DNA of 64,000 nucleotides from NCBI GenBank assembly GCA_038087875.1, contig CM075988.1:17548001-17612000 (forward strand), read 5' to 3'. Both the position numbers and the translations under genes were made by a program. This document shows, piece after piece, positions 61,961 to 64,000 of this stretch. The notes beneath the pieces are model-generated. The model searched no databases. It was given only the letters and a program-made list of their open reading frames with translations, and was not told where the DNA came from. Position 1 is the stretch's first letter. The number at the start of each line of letters is the position of its first letter. This DNA is from Malacoraja senta. Taxonomy: Eukaryota.

Positions 61961-64000
61961 AACACAATGATCTCTGCTCCTTCGTGTGTGTGATCCAAAC
62001 TGTAAGTGGTGAAGGAATCAAGGGGAAGAGGAGAACTTTCTTACACATTTAATATTAATATTAATTAATATTAATATTGAGTGAAGTTTAAATTTTAACA
62101 GGGGAAACTTGAAAACTACAAAAACAAAAAGCTATGAACAAGAGAAAGGGCGTGGGACTAATTGCATAACTGCGTGCTTTCTCTCTGGGATATTATCTTT
62201 AAGGCTGTCATGTCGTATTCCTGGGAAAATGGGACTGTGTTAAAAATATTGATGTCTTCATGCACCAGTTTCTATCAATAAGTCTCTGAACGGCAGAGGA
62301 TTGAATTAACAAATTTGTACAGTCGTTTCCTGTTATTGCAATGTCACGAGAGTTGAAGTTGGATTTCCTTTGGAACATCAATTGTGAATTAATTCCTGCA
62401 TTATTATATAATTGTAAGCAAAAATAATAAGCGGTGTACGAGGTGAAACACACTTTAATGTTATCAGTAACGGGGAGCAGAGAGACACACAACTTGTGGA
62501 AAATGTTAATGTGCTCACTCCCGTGCCTTTAAGTTTCCATTTCACTCCTTTTCCTTTTCAGAAAATCATCTTTTGAAACTTGTGCCCAAAGTGGACAGTT
62601 CTGATGTAAGAACTCAACCTCTAAAGTTAATTCAGCTTTTTCATTTCATAGATGTTTTCAGATTTTTTTTTAAATACTGGTATTTTACACATATTACAAC
62701 TCTGCGTAACTTGTTATTGAAACAAAATTTTTGTGCAAATTTTGAAAGGGATAGAAACATTGGTCGGATGTACTAAGATTAAACTATTGGCAAATTAGTT
62801 GAGTTTAGTTTAGTTTATTCAGTTTATTGTCACATATACGAGGAGCTGTGAAAAGCTTTTTTGTTGCGTGTTATCCAGTCAGCGGAAAGACTATACATGC
62901 TTTAAATCAAGCTGCCCACTGTACAGATACAGGATGAAAGGAATAACATTTAGTGCAAGATAAAGTCCAATAGGGTCTCCAAGGAGGTAGACGGTAGCTC
63001 AGGACCGTGCTCTACTTAGTGATACTAATTGGTGATAGCAGCTGAGAAGAAACTGTCCCTAAATCTGGAGGTTTTCACACTTCTGTACCACCTGCATGAA
63101 GGGGAGAGGGGAGAAACTAAGACTCACTCTTGATTATGCCAGTGGCCTTGCCGAGGCAGTATGAAGTGTTGATTCGAAGACATGTCAAAATATACATATA
63201 TATATTAACAAAATAAGTACATTTTTGATCCATTGCTCTGGAAGCAATTTTTTTTTTTACTATCACAAAACCAGATCTGTGCTCAAATTTATTCTCTGCA
63301 TAGAAAAGGAAACTGAAAACCCATAACCCAGCTTATACTTAAAAATATATAAACCACAACATACAAGTCAAGACATTTATTCATTGATATATTGGTCAGG
63401 GCAATATCATAAGGCATTGAATACCTTTACAATATTTAAAATTGTGGTTGAGCAGGAGCCAGGGTATGTTTTTCCAAGTGGTGCAACATACCTTGAGGAG
63501 ATTTCGCAGTGGAGTGAAAGACTTCTTCATTCTGAAGAAGGGTCTCGACCCGAAACATCACCCATTCCTTCTCTCCAGAGATGCTGCCAGTCGTGCTGAG
63601 TTACTCCAGCATTTTGTGTCTTCCTCATGTTTTTCCAAGAATCTGTTTGGCAGATTCACCAGCATGGAAAAACCTGAGGGACATATGGAGACACAAGAAA
63701 ATGCAGATGCTTGAGCTAAAAATCAAAGTACTGATTACAAAGTATAAAGTATTAATTTGCCAGGTGAGGCAGCATTTGTGGTGAAACATGGATGGATCTT
63801 CTTTTGGGATCTTGTCGGGATCTATCTTCATACTGATGGAGCAGGGACGAGGAAGCTGGAGAGAAGGGGTGGGGCAAAAGCCCAGTAAGTGATAGGTGAG
63901 GGAAGAGGAATCGATTGAGAGATGGTTAGAGATCATGATAAAGACTAGAGGTGAAATAAAGAGGAAATGGTAAAAGAAAAGAAGTGGATCAGTGAAACGT
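61955..64000 (+). other. Predicted intron of Gig2 copy C; coding exon expected just beyond the window
   Basis: Colinear with 53823-56285 apart from the pseudogene insert; the window end aligns with 56285, 139 nt before copy B's ATG. Confidence 0.7.

Larger units (their letters stand above)
50606..64000 (+). repeat. Recent tandem segmental duplication (unit ~7.5-8.1 kb): 50606-56285 vs 58101-64000
   Basis: Long colinear near-identity, including shared TE remnants and paired ORF-track artefacts. Confidence 0.9.

Overview
Vertebrate nuclear DNA, most likely a cartilaginous fish (skate/ray/shark), judged from CR1 LINEs, HE1/V-SINE-like elements and Penelope-type repeats; the species cannot be fixed from sequence alone. 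The left ~30 kb is mostly retrotransposon debris, with one pair of duplicated candidate exons on the minus strand. The right half is a head-to-tail tandem cluster of Gig2-family (PARP-like, H-Y-E ADP-ribosyltransferase fold) genes on the + strand. It has two complete CDSs (45114-45581, 56424-56924), a 5'-truncated Gig2 fragment inside the second gene's intron (54591-55036), and the promoter and intron of a third copy whose CDS should start just past the window end. Each copy has ISRE-like motifs before a predicted short non-coding exon 1, plus a second ISRE/TATA/donor module nearer the coding exon. The first gene's intron is inflated by a 7.4-kb array of seven head-to-tail Helitron-like units. 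A common short repeat throughout the window carries a minimal hammerhead-ribozyme core (CTGAAGA-stem-GAAACGTH), and several copies have 10-14 bp target-site duplications. Exon and promoter calls are motif-based predictions; repeat boundaries are approximate.
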